From: Octopus sinensis
Taxonomy: Eukaryota
Direction of reading: 5' to 3'
Assembly (NCBI RefSeq): GCF_006345805.1
Contig: NC_043017.1
Location: 11,780,001-11,844,000, forward strand
DNA: 64,000 nt
Shown here: piece by piece, positions 38,696 through 51,569 of the stretch
Position numbering within the stretch: position 1 is the stretch's first letter
How the letters are laid out: each line of letters opens with the position of its first letter
Position numbers and translations under genes: made by a program
The notes under the pieces: generated by a model
Databases searched by the model: none
Told to the model about the DNA's origin: nothing
Seen by the model: the letters and a program-made list of their open reading frames with translations, nothing else

Positions 38696-38835
38696 CGTTG
38701 TTTAGCCAGCCCCATTCATTTTTTTTTTTGTTACCTTCCTCTTGCTAAATATCTGCTTTTCTCTCTCTCTAATATGTAATGTTTCCACAAACATTTACTT
38801 ATACCTTAAACACATACACTGAAAACAGCATCAGT

Positions 38836-38888
<53 letters not shown>

Positions 38889-39018
38889 AACACCAGATGT
38901 ATGTCTAATAATTTAGACTAAGCATCCACAGACTTACAGACAAACCTAAACAAACACAAAGCAATAAACACCCAAGATGTGTATCTCCTCCTCTCTCTCC
39001 CTCTCGTTCTCTCTAACC

Positions 39019-39063
<45 letters not shown>

Positions 39064-39321
39064 ACACACACACACTCATACACGCACACACACACACACA
39101 CACACATACCGGTATACCTTCTCGGGTTTTATAGACTTATTATCTTATATGCATAGGAGCTGTGTCACTCAAAACAACCAATAAGCAAAGATTATTGGAT
39201 TAAGTGTAGGGATAATCTGTTTATTCTTCCCACATTTTCTAATCGGCAATAAACATATATACAAACATCGTGTATGATATATATATGTATATGTATATAT
39301 ATTTGTATGTATATATATGTA

Positions 39322-39373
<52 letters not shown>

Positions 39374-39576
39374 AGATGAATATACATATATTACATAAAA
39401 ACATTATATATATATATGTGTATATATATATACACATACACACACTCCTAATAGTGTTTGTATGAATAATTATGATACACATTGTAAAAGGGGTTTCCTA
39501 AACCAAATCTATTCACTGAATACAATCTTTCACCAAAGCCTATCATCTCATAAGAATGTGTAACAAAGTAATTGTA

Positions 39577-39999
39577 TACTCTTTTACTCTTTTACTTGTT
39601 TCAGTCAATTGACTCTTGCCATGCTGGAGCACCACCTTTAGTTGAGCAAATCTTTGTAAGCCCAGTATTCTTTGTAAGCCCAGTATTCTTTGTAAGCCCA
39701 GTACTTATTCTATCGGTCTCTTTTGCTGAACCGCTAAGTGACGGGGACGTAAACACACCAGCATCGGTTGTCAAGCAATGCTAGAGGGACAAACACAGAC
39801 ACACAAACACATACACACATATATATATATATACATATATACGACAGGCTTCTTTCAGTTTCCGTCTACCAAATCCACTCACAAGGCTTTGGTCGGCCCG
39901 AGGCTATAGCAGAAGACACTTGCCCAAGATGCCACGCAGTGGGACTGAACCCGGAACCATGTGGTTGGTTAGCAAGCTACTTACCACACAGCCACTCCT
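39577..39999 (-). mobile_element. family A SINE with internal 18-bp triplication
   Basis: (tctttgtaagcccagtat) x3 at 39651-39703. Confidence 0.9.
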
Positions 40000-40817
40000 T
40001 TAATACCTATCATGGCAGAATCATTAGAGTGTTGGACAAAATGCTTTGCTGTATTTAGTTTTTCAGCTTTACAGTCTGATTTCGAATCCCACTGGGGGCA
40101 ACTTGGGCTTTCATCCTTCTGGGGAGGATAAATACAATACCAGACAAGTACTGGAGTTGATTTCATCGACGCCCGATCCTCACAAGGAATTTCTAGCTTT
40201 TGAAATGTGGATGAGCAAAACCAAGATTTCCAGGTAACTTACAGGTGTACACATTTCATCAACAGCTAGAATCAGGTGGTGGTGTTATTCTGGAAATGCT
40301 GAGATCTCGAAGCTCGAATGATCTGGATGCAGATAGTAAATTGGTAACGCTGGGTATAAATCTCAGAAAAAAGTGGTGCCTTTTGAATTGTTAGCACCTA
40401 TGCTTTGACCAGCTCAAAATGGTTGGATTTCTTCTGGTATTCAATAGTATTCTTGGAAATGTCTTGTTTTTTGGGGTTTTTTTTTGTGAAATTGGAAGGT
40501 AGGAACGGTCATTTAGAAGCATGCTGGAACTGTATGGGGTTAAAACATTGGTGTAAAATCCTTGAATATCTATTCACTGCTCTTTACAGCTGGAGCAATA
40601 TAAGGACTTGTGGTGGGAAATGTGATGGCATTCTCAGAGAATCTCTGGCATTTGACAAGAATCAAACTGGCTAACCTGTAAGAAGGACTTCCAGAAACCA
40701 CTGACCTGAATGTACATCTGGGAGGCATTATTAATTTGAGATAAATCCTAGATGTATGGAAGCACCATTGGCATGCTGAGTGATGGAATGGTTACCATGC
40801 CCTCCTTCACTCTTTAA

Positions 40818-41038
40818 CCCTTTAGCATTTAAACCGGCCATATGCGGCCAAAAGTATTCTGCCTGTTTTATGTTCAAACTGGCCAGATCTGGTCTCTCAC
40901 ACCAACCCTACAATATCATCTTAAAAATTAACAGCTACCTCATCAAAATCTCATAGCTACAAGATAAGGCATGATTAGTTCAAAACAGTGTGGATGAAAA
41001 AGCATTAATTTTGGCAGAATAATGTGAACTCTAAAGGG
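40818..41038. mobile_element. piggyBac-type MITE
   Basis: TTAA|CCCTTTAG ... CTAAAGGG|TTAA; homologous to 56716-56936. Confidence 0.8.
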
Positions 41039-42879
41039 TTAAGCTTTGTTGACTTCTGGACTTGTGAAGTTTGGTCATGCAACTGTCTCTTGTAGAACAA
41101 ATCTAGTTCTTGGCTAAGTTTTTCACGAAGACTGTCCCACTACTTTCCTTCAACCGGGAAGTGTAGGCAGTTTTTCACTGCTTGGTAGCTGTGATGAAAG
41201 AAGTTCTATGGTGGACATAACTGAAGACAAACACTTTCCTCTTCCGTTAATCCTTCATCAATTTTTTTATCATACTTCAATTACTGGCAAGGGTTATGAA
41301 GAGTGAGATCTGACCCCCAGTAAATTTGCTGAAAGATGGTGAGGATGGGAAACATGACCTTCACTAAGTGTTTGTCAAAGTAGCAAATGCCAGGCTCTCC
41401 ATTCAATAATGTTAATAATTTTTTCTTCCCTCCCCTCTTGTGCAGGCACGTGGCTTAGTGGTTAAGGTGTTGCTCTCATGAGTGTAAGAGCATGGTTTCA
41501 GTTCCTAGACCAGACAGTGCAGCATGTTCTTGAGCAAAACACTTCATTTTGTATTGCCCCAGTCCACTCAGCTGTGAATGAGTCCCAAGGGCTATGAAAG
41601 AAACCTCATGATGTCCTGTTCAAGGGGTGGGGGAACGCTGTGATCTTAGTCATGGAACCTAGGTTAAGCTCAAGCCTTATGTCTCCTGGGGCTGATGACA
41701 GACCCAAGTCCTCCCTCTTTATTAATGAGGAGACAAGTCTTTTTTGCATGTCTATAATTCTTGTGTCTGCACCATTGTGTTGGACAAGTTTAAAAAGCAC
41801 TGACCGAAGTCTATACTTGACACCCTTGTTGGTCAGAAGATGACAGTGGGAGGAGTTCACTTGCCTTAGTCTTCAGAGTAATTGTGGATCTTTAGGGCAC
41901 CTTGATTAGCCTTCAGTGACTGCCCTACTTTAGGGGCATTATATAATTTTGTATACTGTATACCCTTCGACATTCATTGACAATTATTCATACACTTTTA
42001 GAATAAACTCCAACACCACTGTTTTCTTTGTAATTTCCACCCAACACTAGGTTCTTGTGACCAATAGGAAAAAAAATGATTATAATCATAATCCTAGATC
42101 TGTGGGCCTCTTTGGTTGGAAGTCTAGGTAGAAGTCTTTCATTGGGGACTTAACATTTCATTGGTTCTGTTTAATGTTGCACAAAACATACCTCTGTGTG
42201 TGTATGTGCGTGCTTGTCAGTGAATGAGAGAAAGAGAAAGTGAAAGTAAAAGTGAAAGAGAGGGAGAGGGAGAAGATACATTTGGGGCGTTTATTGCTGT
42301 GTGATCATTTATGTTTGTCTATAACTATATGGATCGAAGTTCAAAGTGTCATCGTATTATGTTCTGGTAATGTCTCCTTGTTATCTTGTTCTTGTTGTTA
42401 TTATTTATAGTTGTAATATTAGTAGTAATACTTCTATAGTTTTATTTTTATAGTGTTTTTCACTGTACATCAGAGTGCAGCTCTGCATGCTGTCTATTGC
42501 ATTGAAAGTATGCTGTGTAAAATGCGAGCAGCACCTCAAAGCACTATTTTTTTTTTCTCTGTAAGTTATTTATGTAAGCTCTTAGGTTTTGGTCATCTGT
42601 TTCTTCGTGTCTGAGGTTTTGCTTCTGTATTTGTCAGCATTTGAGGTCTCAGATATTGTACCAAGAGAGAAGGTTTGATATAGAATTAAGAAATACTTAT
42701 AGATAAATTGAAAAACAATAAATAAAAGCTATATATATAAATACACCAAGCTATCCTACTGTATTAACATATAGCCTCTTGTTAAGATCAAACCTATAAT
42801 TATTAAGGATTTACTTTATAATGTATTATGGAGTTACATATATATATATATGTATGTGTGTACATATACAAATGTACAT

Positions 42880-42914
<35 letters not shown>

Positions 42915-43048
42915 CATATATGGAATTATTTATTTGTTTTTCTCTTATGATGATTCATTGCTTGTCTTTTGTTTTGTATATTTCTCTTTCTTTTCCATTT
43001 TGATAAAATTTCCTTCCTTGAAGGACACTCTTATTAAACTTCTACCTT

Positions 43049-43084
<36 letters not shown>

Positions 43085-43309
43085 TCTTTACCCAAAGAGT
43101 AATGCAGGAAGGGCATTTATCTGTTGTGGTTCTAGATACACTGTTGTTATTATTATTATTATCATTAGATTTGTCCTTCACAGCTGAACATAACCAGGTT
43201 ATCAGCTTTACACTGTGGGTCCTGAAGTGGGTTATTAGACTAATTCAGGAATGAAATCCATGGTTATAAATGGAGACATTAACCCTTTAGCATTTAAATC
43301 GGCCAAGCA

Positions 43310-43492
43310 CAAAAAAACACAACAACGCGAGGATGTGGAACAAATATAGTATTATTGGACACTCAGGAAAGAAGGAGGGTTTAACGTTTCGAGCGGAGCT
43401 CTTCGTCGGAAACATAGGAGAAGGAAAGATCCAGAGAAGGGAAGACAGAGGAAAAAAAAAAATCGTCAATGGTACACACGCGGTAATATCAA
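43310..43492 (-). mobile_element. family P1 repeat with hammerhead motif at 43379-43413
   Basis: Minus strand reads gttt CCGACGA a gagc tcc gctc GAAACGT t aaac. Confidence 0.75.
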
Positions 43493-44376
43493 CCATGTAT
43501 ATTTCGTTGCTTGACTCGAGTTCCACATAAAACTGCCTACAGTTGTGAAATATGAACTTATAACCTCCAGCTATAGTTGTCTGATACTTTATCCACTTGG
43601 CCATTTCCCTCTGCATCAGTTGAATGGACATTAGCTGTAAAGAAATAATTCATGTTTGAAATCCAAGTCTACAGATATAACATTTCTTGGTTCTTATTTA
43701 TAAATTTATGCCTTTATCTATTTCTTTCTAGTCCATGGGTTTGTTGGTTTGTCTCTGCACTTATTTGTGTTTCACCCCACACAACTGCGCCCCGACCCGA
43801 ATTGAAGTTGGTTCAGGACAATGGGTGAATGGTTGGGGGAGTTGCAGAAGATAAGAAAGGGTGGGAAGAAAGGGGGCGGGGGGGATAAGGGACAGCAATA
43901 ACATGGTGGAAAGTTGTAGTTAGAAAGTGGTGATGGAAGTGGTGGTGGTGGTGGTGGTAGAGTCCCTGGAGAAAGTCACCTCTCTCCTTATTAAAAGACA
44001 AACATGATGTTCATTTGGTAAATAATGGGATGTGACATGTGATAGAGGTTGAGAATGATGGGGATTCAGAAGAGAGCAAACTATACACACACACACACAC
44101 ACACACACAGAACATATGCATACATACATGCGCATACACAGACAAATGCATGCATATTCACACACACACACACACACACACACGTATTCCAAAGAGAAAT
44201 ACCTCGACAGAAAAATGATTTGTTTGTCTCGATCCATTCTCAGTGGAGTGTCATATTTTTCAAAATGTTGTGGATACAGCTTCTGGTTTTGGTGATGGTT
44301 CTATTGAAGAGTAAACTGATGGTTTCCTTTTTGTTGCTGTTGTTATCTCAGTGTTCCACTTGCAACGCCTCATTGT

Positions 44377-44453
44377 AGTAGTAGTAGTAGTAGTGGTGGT
44401 GGTGGTGATGGTGGTATTATTATTATTATTATTTTTATTATTATTATTATTAT

Positions 44454-44487
<34 letters not shown>

Positions 44488-44500
44488 GGTGGTGATGGTG

Positions 44501-44533
<33 letters not shown>

Positions 44534-44596
44534 GTAGTAGTAGTAGTGTAGTAGTAGTGGTGGTAGTGATGGTGGTATTATTATTATTATTATTAT

Positions 44597-44628
<32 letters not shown>

Positions 44629-44650
44629 ATGGTGGTATTATTATTATTAA

Positions 44651-44683
<33 letters not shown>

Positions 44684-44742
44684 CATTATTAGTAGTAGTA
44701 GTAGTAGTGGTAGTGGTGGTGGTGGTAGTAGTAGTAGTAGCA
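44377..44742. repeat. higher-order compound triplet repeat (GTA)n(GTG)n(TTA)n
   Basis: The block is repeated about four to five times. Confidence 0.9.
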
Positions 44743-45371
44743 GCAGCAGAGAGTGGGACGTTATTGAAAATGGTGTCGGTGATGTCGGTGGTTTGTTTTG
44801 TTTTTTAGTAGCACTCCCCCACCATAGCCCCCTCCATCTTGTGTTTTATTGTTCTTCCTCTAACTATATTGTCTTTGATGAAGACTTATGTCCATTGGCT
44901 TTGGAGGGGGGGGAATGGAAAGGGTGGCTGGTTACTAGGGGGCGGCGGCAGCTAAACTGAGCTTGGTGGGTGGGTGGGTGTATTGATGTGAAAATCATTG
45001 ACTGATAACAACTAATTCATCCCTTCTCTTTGCCCCTCTCTTCTTATTCCTCCTGTTTCTTTGATTTTCGGACAGAGAGGAAGGTACTTATTGCCTAATA
45101 TGCCCACCACCACTGCTACCACCACAAGCCTGAATCTTCCGACCCATCCACCTCCACCCCCATTCACGTTTGCTGTGCAGTGGCAAAGAGCTCACTTTAC
45201 CTACACTGTCAGCATACGTCGGCACCACCGGGAGGAGGAGAGGGTCTTCTCTTATTTGCAGTTATGTTTATTCTTAGTGAGAGGGAGAGAGAGAGAGAGA
45301 GAGAGAGAAGAAAGGGGATCCAGGGATTTATGTATGTCAGCAGTCCACCATATGATATATATGTATGCATC

Positions 45372-45409
<38 letters not shown>

Positions 45410-45529
45410 CATATGTTATATGCATATACAAACACACTGTACAGTGCATAGCATCTCCTTTACTTCCCTTATCAGCATTGATGGCTGGATTCAGATTTCA
45501 TCATAATTCACTCAACTGATCTGATAAAC

Positions 45530-45609
45530 AGCTGACCACCTTCACCACCACTACTACCATTGTCGCCACCACCACCACCACCACCACCACCACCACACAC
45601 ACCACCACC

Positions 45610-45640
<31 letters not shown>

Positions 45641-45895
45641 CCACCACCACTACCACACCACCACCACCACCACATACCACCACCACCACCCCACCACCAC
45701 TACCACCACCACCACCACCACCACCACCACACCACCACACCACCCCCACCACACCACCACACCACTACACCACCACCACCACCACCACCACTACCACAAC
45801 CACCACCACCACCACACCAACACCACCACCACCACTACCACCACCACGCACACCACCACACCACCACCACCACCCCACCACCACCACCACCACTG
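45530..45895. repeat. interrupted (CAC)n microsatellite
   Basis: Direct reading; many 1-2 nt phase shifts. Confidence 0.9.
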
Positions 45896-46728
45896 GCCAA
45901 CATACCACATCCACAGTTAAAAACAAGCAAACAAAACAAACAAAAAATAACGCTTCCATCAACAACACAACTAACAACAGCAAAACCCATCCAGACTCTC
46001 TGGAACTTCAGTGCCATTGACGAGTGTACTGCTATGGTGCTGGGCAACAGCAACGTAAACCCTCCTGGTACAGTGTCAGCAGCACCACCACCACCACCAC
46101 CACCACCACGACCATTTCATTATCCATTGTGTACAGAGATATGTGACCGCTACTATAGTCATATAGACGTGTGTGTGTGTGTGTATGTGCGTACAAATAT
46201 GCACACACATACATAAAATTATTATCATGAAGTACATAAAAAAAAACTAACATGTATTCATTGGCAGTAATAGACAGCATCATAAATGTAAACCTCTCAC
46301 AATCTCACACACACATACACTTACTCAACTACACATCCATACACACACACACACACATACACTTACTCAACTACACATCCATACACACACACACACACAT
46401 ACACGTACATATATACATTCACATATATGCATTCACATATATGCATTCAAATAGTCATATCTTCATATCATAAATGGATCCTCCATTAATTTCGATAACG
46501 AGTATTCCTGTTGAATCAGCAATACAATCGGCTCATCTAATTGAAAACTGAATGGTTGAGTATTCCATAGATGTTGTTACTTTGAATATGGAGTCAGTTT
46601 TAAAAAAAACATCTGTTACAAAGTTGATTCCTGGAATTGCAAGTTAAGTTCAGCCAACAGATTTCCATATTACGTAGATGTACTTGCATAGCAAGTGATT
46701 TGATCTGAAATTGTGTGCTGAAATGAAA

Positions 46729-47123
46729 ACAATTGCAGCGTGGAAGGTGTTTGTAAGCCATTTAAGAAACACACAAAAGCCGTTCGATTCACTTCAACAT
46801 TTAAGTTTAATTTGTCGAAATATTTTCGTCACTTTAAGACCGCGACCTGTTCACTGACAAAAATCCATGCTGAATAAGGTTTATATATATATAGACAATT
46901 GCAGCGTGGAAGGTGTTTGTAAGCCATTTAAGAAACACACAAAAGCCGTTCGATTCACTTCAACATTTAAGTTTAATTTGTCGAAATATTTTCGTCGCTT
47001 TAAGACCGCGACCTGTTCACTGACAAAAATATTTTGAAAAATTAAACTTAAATGTTGAAGTGAATTGAACGGCTTTTGTGTGTTTCTTAAATGGCTTACA
47101 AACACCTTCCATGCTGCAATTGT
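46729..47123. mobile_element. long-TIR MITE (46895-47123) preceded by a direct partial copy (46729-46864)
   Basis: About 85-bp arm acaattgcagcgtggaagg..ttaagtttaattt recurs inverted at about 47039-47123; the direct duplicate of about 135 bp lies upstream. Confidence 0.85.
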
Positions 47124-47569
47124 TTAGATTTCCATATGTTTTGCAAATATTCCAGTCTACAAACCCTAACACAACAAAAACCCCAACCCTAGCTCCATAA
47201 CAGAGCAAAGTGATGCAATGCAGAAATGGGAAGAATCTGTCCTCTCCCAACACCGACATAAACAAGGACTCACAATGCTGCACCCACCTCAAAGAACAGG
47301 CAGGTGTACCAGGTGTACCAGGTGAAGCAGGTGAAATTTGCCAGAAACTATTGATAATAATAAGGATGTCAAATTTTGGCACAAGGCCGGCAGTTTTGAT
47401 AGGTTGAGTAAGTCGATTACATTGACCCCAATGTTTAAGGACCCTAAAAGGATGAAAGACAAAGTTGATCTTGGCGGAATTTGAACATAAAGACGAATGG
47501 AATACTACTAAACATTTCACCTGGCTTGCTAACAATTCTGTCAGACTGCTTACCTTAAAAAACAACAAC

Positions 47570-47605
<36 letters not shown>

Positions 47606-47794
47606 TGTTTTGAATTTTGGCACAAGGCTTAGCAGCTTTAGTGGGAAGAGGTTAATTGATTGGTTAATTGATTGGTTAATTGGTCCTAAAAAGGATGAAA
47701 GGCAAAGCTGACTTCAGTGAAATTTGAACTGAGAATGTAAAGTGTTAAAAGAAATTTTGTACAACACCCACTCACAACAACATCAACAACAATA

Positions 47795-48500
47795 TTACTA
47801 CTACTACTACTACTACTAATAATAATAATGTTTTCTTTATTGGCCACATGGGCTGACATAGAACACACATGGATGCAAATACAAAGGCACAAATGGAGGG
47901 ATTTACCACATAAACATATAAAACAATAGCAAAAAATTGAACAATAAAATTAAACAATAACAATTCCCCAATTGGGGGTGGAGACTCCAAGGAAAAACTG
48001 TGCAAACTCCACGGAAAATCACGGTTTCCCTGACCACTTAATCAAGTGCTTCCTCTCTCTTTTAATCCATTCAGAAATGCATGTTCAGAGCAGGCCCATT
48101 CACACGAATCATGCTCGCCACTTTCTTCCACCTTTCAATAATTTTGCCAGAAGGAAGCACCTCCCTCTCCAGTTTGGGCCACCTCTTCATGTGGAACCCG
48201 AAAAACTTGATCTGAGATTCGCCAGAGAGCAAAGTGGCTGTCTTCAGCCCTTTCAGTCATGTCCACCACACAGCCTCTTTCGCCATGGCTACCAGGCAGA
48301 TGAAAGCTGCCCAACCTTCCTGACCAAACGAATAGGGCGAAGCAAACTTAACAATAGACTCTGTCGATAGCCAGAATTGTGCAACATGTGCAACAGCAAG
48401 TGCTTGACATACACCCACAAATTAGAAATTGTCGGGCACTGGATGAGTGCATGGCTTCATCACTCTGTGCACATCTTGGGCATCTCTGACTGATGGCACT
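47795..48500 (-). mobile_element. degenerate 3' end of a Tx1/L1-type LINE
   Basis: Minus strand reads CPRC..H..(frameshift)LIQCP..LW zinc knuckle, then LVAMAKEAVWW..ERWKKV..F* (stop at 48071-48073), a 3' UTR with aataaa and an (att)n/(agt)n tail. Confidence 0.75.
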
Positions 48501-48569
48501 TCCATGCTAATGATGATGATGATAATAATAATAATAATAATAATAATGATAATAATAATGATAATAATA

Positions 48570-48907
48570 TGAGCAGAAGTAGTGGGAGAGCATCATAGAG
48601 AGGGATTCTTTGGAGTTTGAATAATTCCCCTCTGGAATCATGGTTGTTTCGTTCAACATCCTTAAACAACCCTTATTCAGGGACCTTCTGAATGGGATGG
48701 ATTACTTGACCAGAAGAAAATTCTAACTGGGCCCCACCTGCAAGGTCATGTGCTGTTTATCTTGTTATGAGATCACCATGTTGCGCACATATGTTGTGAT
48801 GCATGTGCCTGGTGTACCCTTATCAGACGGGTAGTCATGATGGGTATACTGGGCTTCGTATATTTTACCCCAGTGTCACTTTGATGGCATGCACTGCTCT
48901 CTCACTC

Positions 48908-48943
<36 letters not shown>

Positions 48944-48945
48944 TT
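48570..48945 (+). mobile_element. probable retroelement 3' end with (AAT)n tail
   Basis: Non-repetitive body ending ctctctcactc(aat)n, embedded in an AAT tract. Family not assigned. Confidence 0.4.
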
Positions 48946-49220
48946 CTAATATAGGCACAAGGCTAGAAATATGGAGGAAAGAGGGAGCCTAGTTGAGATG
49001 GCAACCCCAGTATTTAACTCGTATTGCTATTTTAATAATCCTTGAAGGAAGAAAGTCAGAGTTGACTCTTGTAGGATTTGAACTCTGAAGTCTAATATTA
49101 CAAGCAAATATGAAACCATGATAGGTGCAGGTACTCAATATTATATCCAATGAGCCATCTCACCAAACATACACACATATAATTTACTGATAAAACTTCA
49201 ATAAATTGATGATCCCAAGA

Positions 49221-49254
<34 letters not shown>

Positions 49255-49470
49255 GTGACTGCGTGTGTACCGTTAGTGATTTTTTTTCCTCCGTCTTCCC
49301 TTCTCTGGATCTTTCCTTTCCCCATGTTTCCGACGAAGAGCTCCGCTCGAAACGTTAAACCCTCCTTCTTCCCTTCCTTCCTGAGCATCCAATAACACTA
49401 TATTTGTTCCACGTCCTCGCGTTGTTGTGTTTTCTCTTTGTGTTTTCATGTTTGGATTAACTTTATATAC
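49255..49470 (+). mobile_element. family P1 repeat with hammerhead motif at 49326-49360
   Basis: gttt CCGACGA a gagc tcc gctc GAAACGT t aaac. Confidence 0.75.
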
Positions 49471-49479
49471 ATATATAAC

Positions 49480-49848
49480 TCTCTATATATAAACGGCAGT
49501 TTGTCTGTGTGTGTTTCTGTGTGTCTGTTAGGTTGTACCCTCACTCTGACCACGGCTTTCAACCGATTCTGATGAAACTTGACACACACATAGCCCAATG
49601 TCATAATTCAAAACTAACGCAGCGAAAATTTTGAAAAGTTCCCCCAGTTCTGAAAAAAATCGATAAATTCGACATGGGGTCGACAATCAGAAACACAAAC
49701 CACAGACTGTCTAGGGGACGCAACTCGACCTTTTTAACTAAAAAAAAATTTACCATAATTTTTTTTCCATTTTTTGGCTATAACTCTCTAAAACTGCTTT
49801 ACAGTTATTTCCCTTACAAACCCGAGCAACGCCGGGCGATACTGCTAG
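49480..49848 (+). mobile_element. non-autonomous Helitron
   Basis: 5' TCtctatatataaa..ttgtctgtgt; 3' hairpin cccgagcaacgccggg then CTAG|t. Confidence 0.75.
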
Positions 49849-51043
49849 TATATATATATAATCGTGCTCAGGTGTATAACAGTGTGTGTTACTGAGTTTG
49901 AGTTTGTGTGTGCATGGTGCATGTGCCTGAATATTTCCATCTGCACAATCATAAAATAAGGTGCACATATGTTCGTGGATTTTTAATTATGATCGCACAA
50001 ACTGTTTTTAATTATTATGTACTTTTAAAATATGCTTTGCAAGAACATTGCATCTGTGTGTGCATGTGTGTGTGAGCATGTGTATTTGTAGTTGTGCATC
50101 TGTGAGTGAAATATAAGCTAAAGCATCCATGTATATTTTGTCTTGTATTTAACAATGCGTTTGCTTGTGTGTGCGTAAATGACTCAATGACAGCAATTTT
50201 GTTGATGTAAAATTGTGGACTTAAACATGTATGTGTACATTTACACACACACACACTCACTGACTCCCATTCTCTGCTTCACCCACACACACACACATAC
50301 ACACACACTTATGTGAATACACATGCAGTTATGAAAACTAATACATCCATAAATACACTCACGTATAAATACTGAAACAGAGTCTGTGTGTGATAAAGCT
50401 TGAGAGAGAGGGAGGGGAGAGAGAGAGAGAGAGGCAGAGTAAGAGAGAGAGAGAGAGAGAGAGAGGCAGAGTAAGAGAGAGAGGCAGAGCAGAGAGAGAG
50501 GCAGAGTAAGAGAGAGAAGGGAAGTTAGATAGCCAGATACATATGTCATTGTTAATTTTGAAATGAGTTCATATTTTAGGGACACACAGTACACTATAAT
50601 TAATTTTGGTGGCTTCAGACTCAATTGCAGACTTGTGGTAAGCGTGGCCAATTTTCGTTTTGAAGGTTATTTGATTCTGCTATAATTATTATTGGAAAAT
50701 AATAAGCGTCTTATGTTTCCTTCTCAATACGGAGTAGACTAAAACACTTTGTATGCAAACACACTGCTGCTTAGGGTGTACATATACACACATACACACA
50801 CACATGCATAAACTTAAAGGTAGTAATGTGAACACATATACTCACACCAATGTACACACTCACACTAACACCTATGTACACACACACACAGACTGAGCTT
50901 GAATGACGGCAACACAAAGCACGATAATGCAACTAAAAAAGGCCTATTTTTAAACAAATCTTGTTGAATGCATGTTTGCCCTGACACAGTCATTCATAGA
51001 TATTGAACATTGTAGGTGTGTAAGGTCATTCATAAATACACAT

Positions 51044-51204
51044 AGGCGCAGGAGTGGCTGTGTGGTAAGTAGCTTGCTAACCAACCACATGGTTCCGGGT
51101 TCAGTCCCACTGTGTGGCATCTTGGGCAAGTGTCTTCTGCTATATCCCCGGGCCGACCAATGCCTTCTGAGTGGATTTGGTAGACGGAAACTGAAAGAAG
51201 CCTG

Positions 51205-51246
<42 letters not shown>

Positions 51247-51462
51247 ATGTGTTTGTGCGTCAGTGTTTGTCCTCCTAGCATTGCTTGACAACCGATGCTG
51301 CTGTGTTTACGTCCCCTTCACTTAGCGGTTCGGCAAAAGAGACTGATAGAATAAGTACTGGGCTTACAAAGAATAAGTCCCAGGATCGATTTGCTCGACT
51401 AAAGGCGGTGCTCCAGCATGGCCGCAGTCAAATGACTGAAACAAGTAAAAGAGTAAAGAGTA
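51044..51462 (+). mobile_element. family A SINE, full length
   Basis: Complete head to tail. Confidence 0.9.
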
Positions 51463-51569
51463 TATTCAAGTCTATTTGTGTTGTTGTTTAACTCCAGGTT
51501 AGCCCTGAGTTGGCAGGCCCTGGATCAAACTATATTCCAACTATGACCAAGCCATTTAGATAGGAGGAG

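Noticed and set aside
43500-43630. Ankyrin/EF-hand-like ANVHSTDAEGNGQVDK after a strong minus-strand acceptor
   Set aside because: Short, lacks the TPLH or EF-hand helix context, and no supporting neighbouring exons.
45560-46216. 218-aa Pro/His-rich ORF as an extensin- or formin-like protein
   Set aside because: Mostly a phase-shifting (CAC)n tract; only the short unique core is kept as a weak candidate.
47972-48370. 132-aa plus-strand ORF
   Set aside because: Antisense of the degenerate Tx1/L1 ORF2 end.
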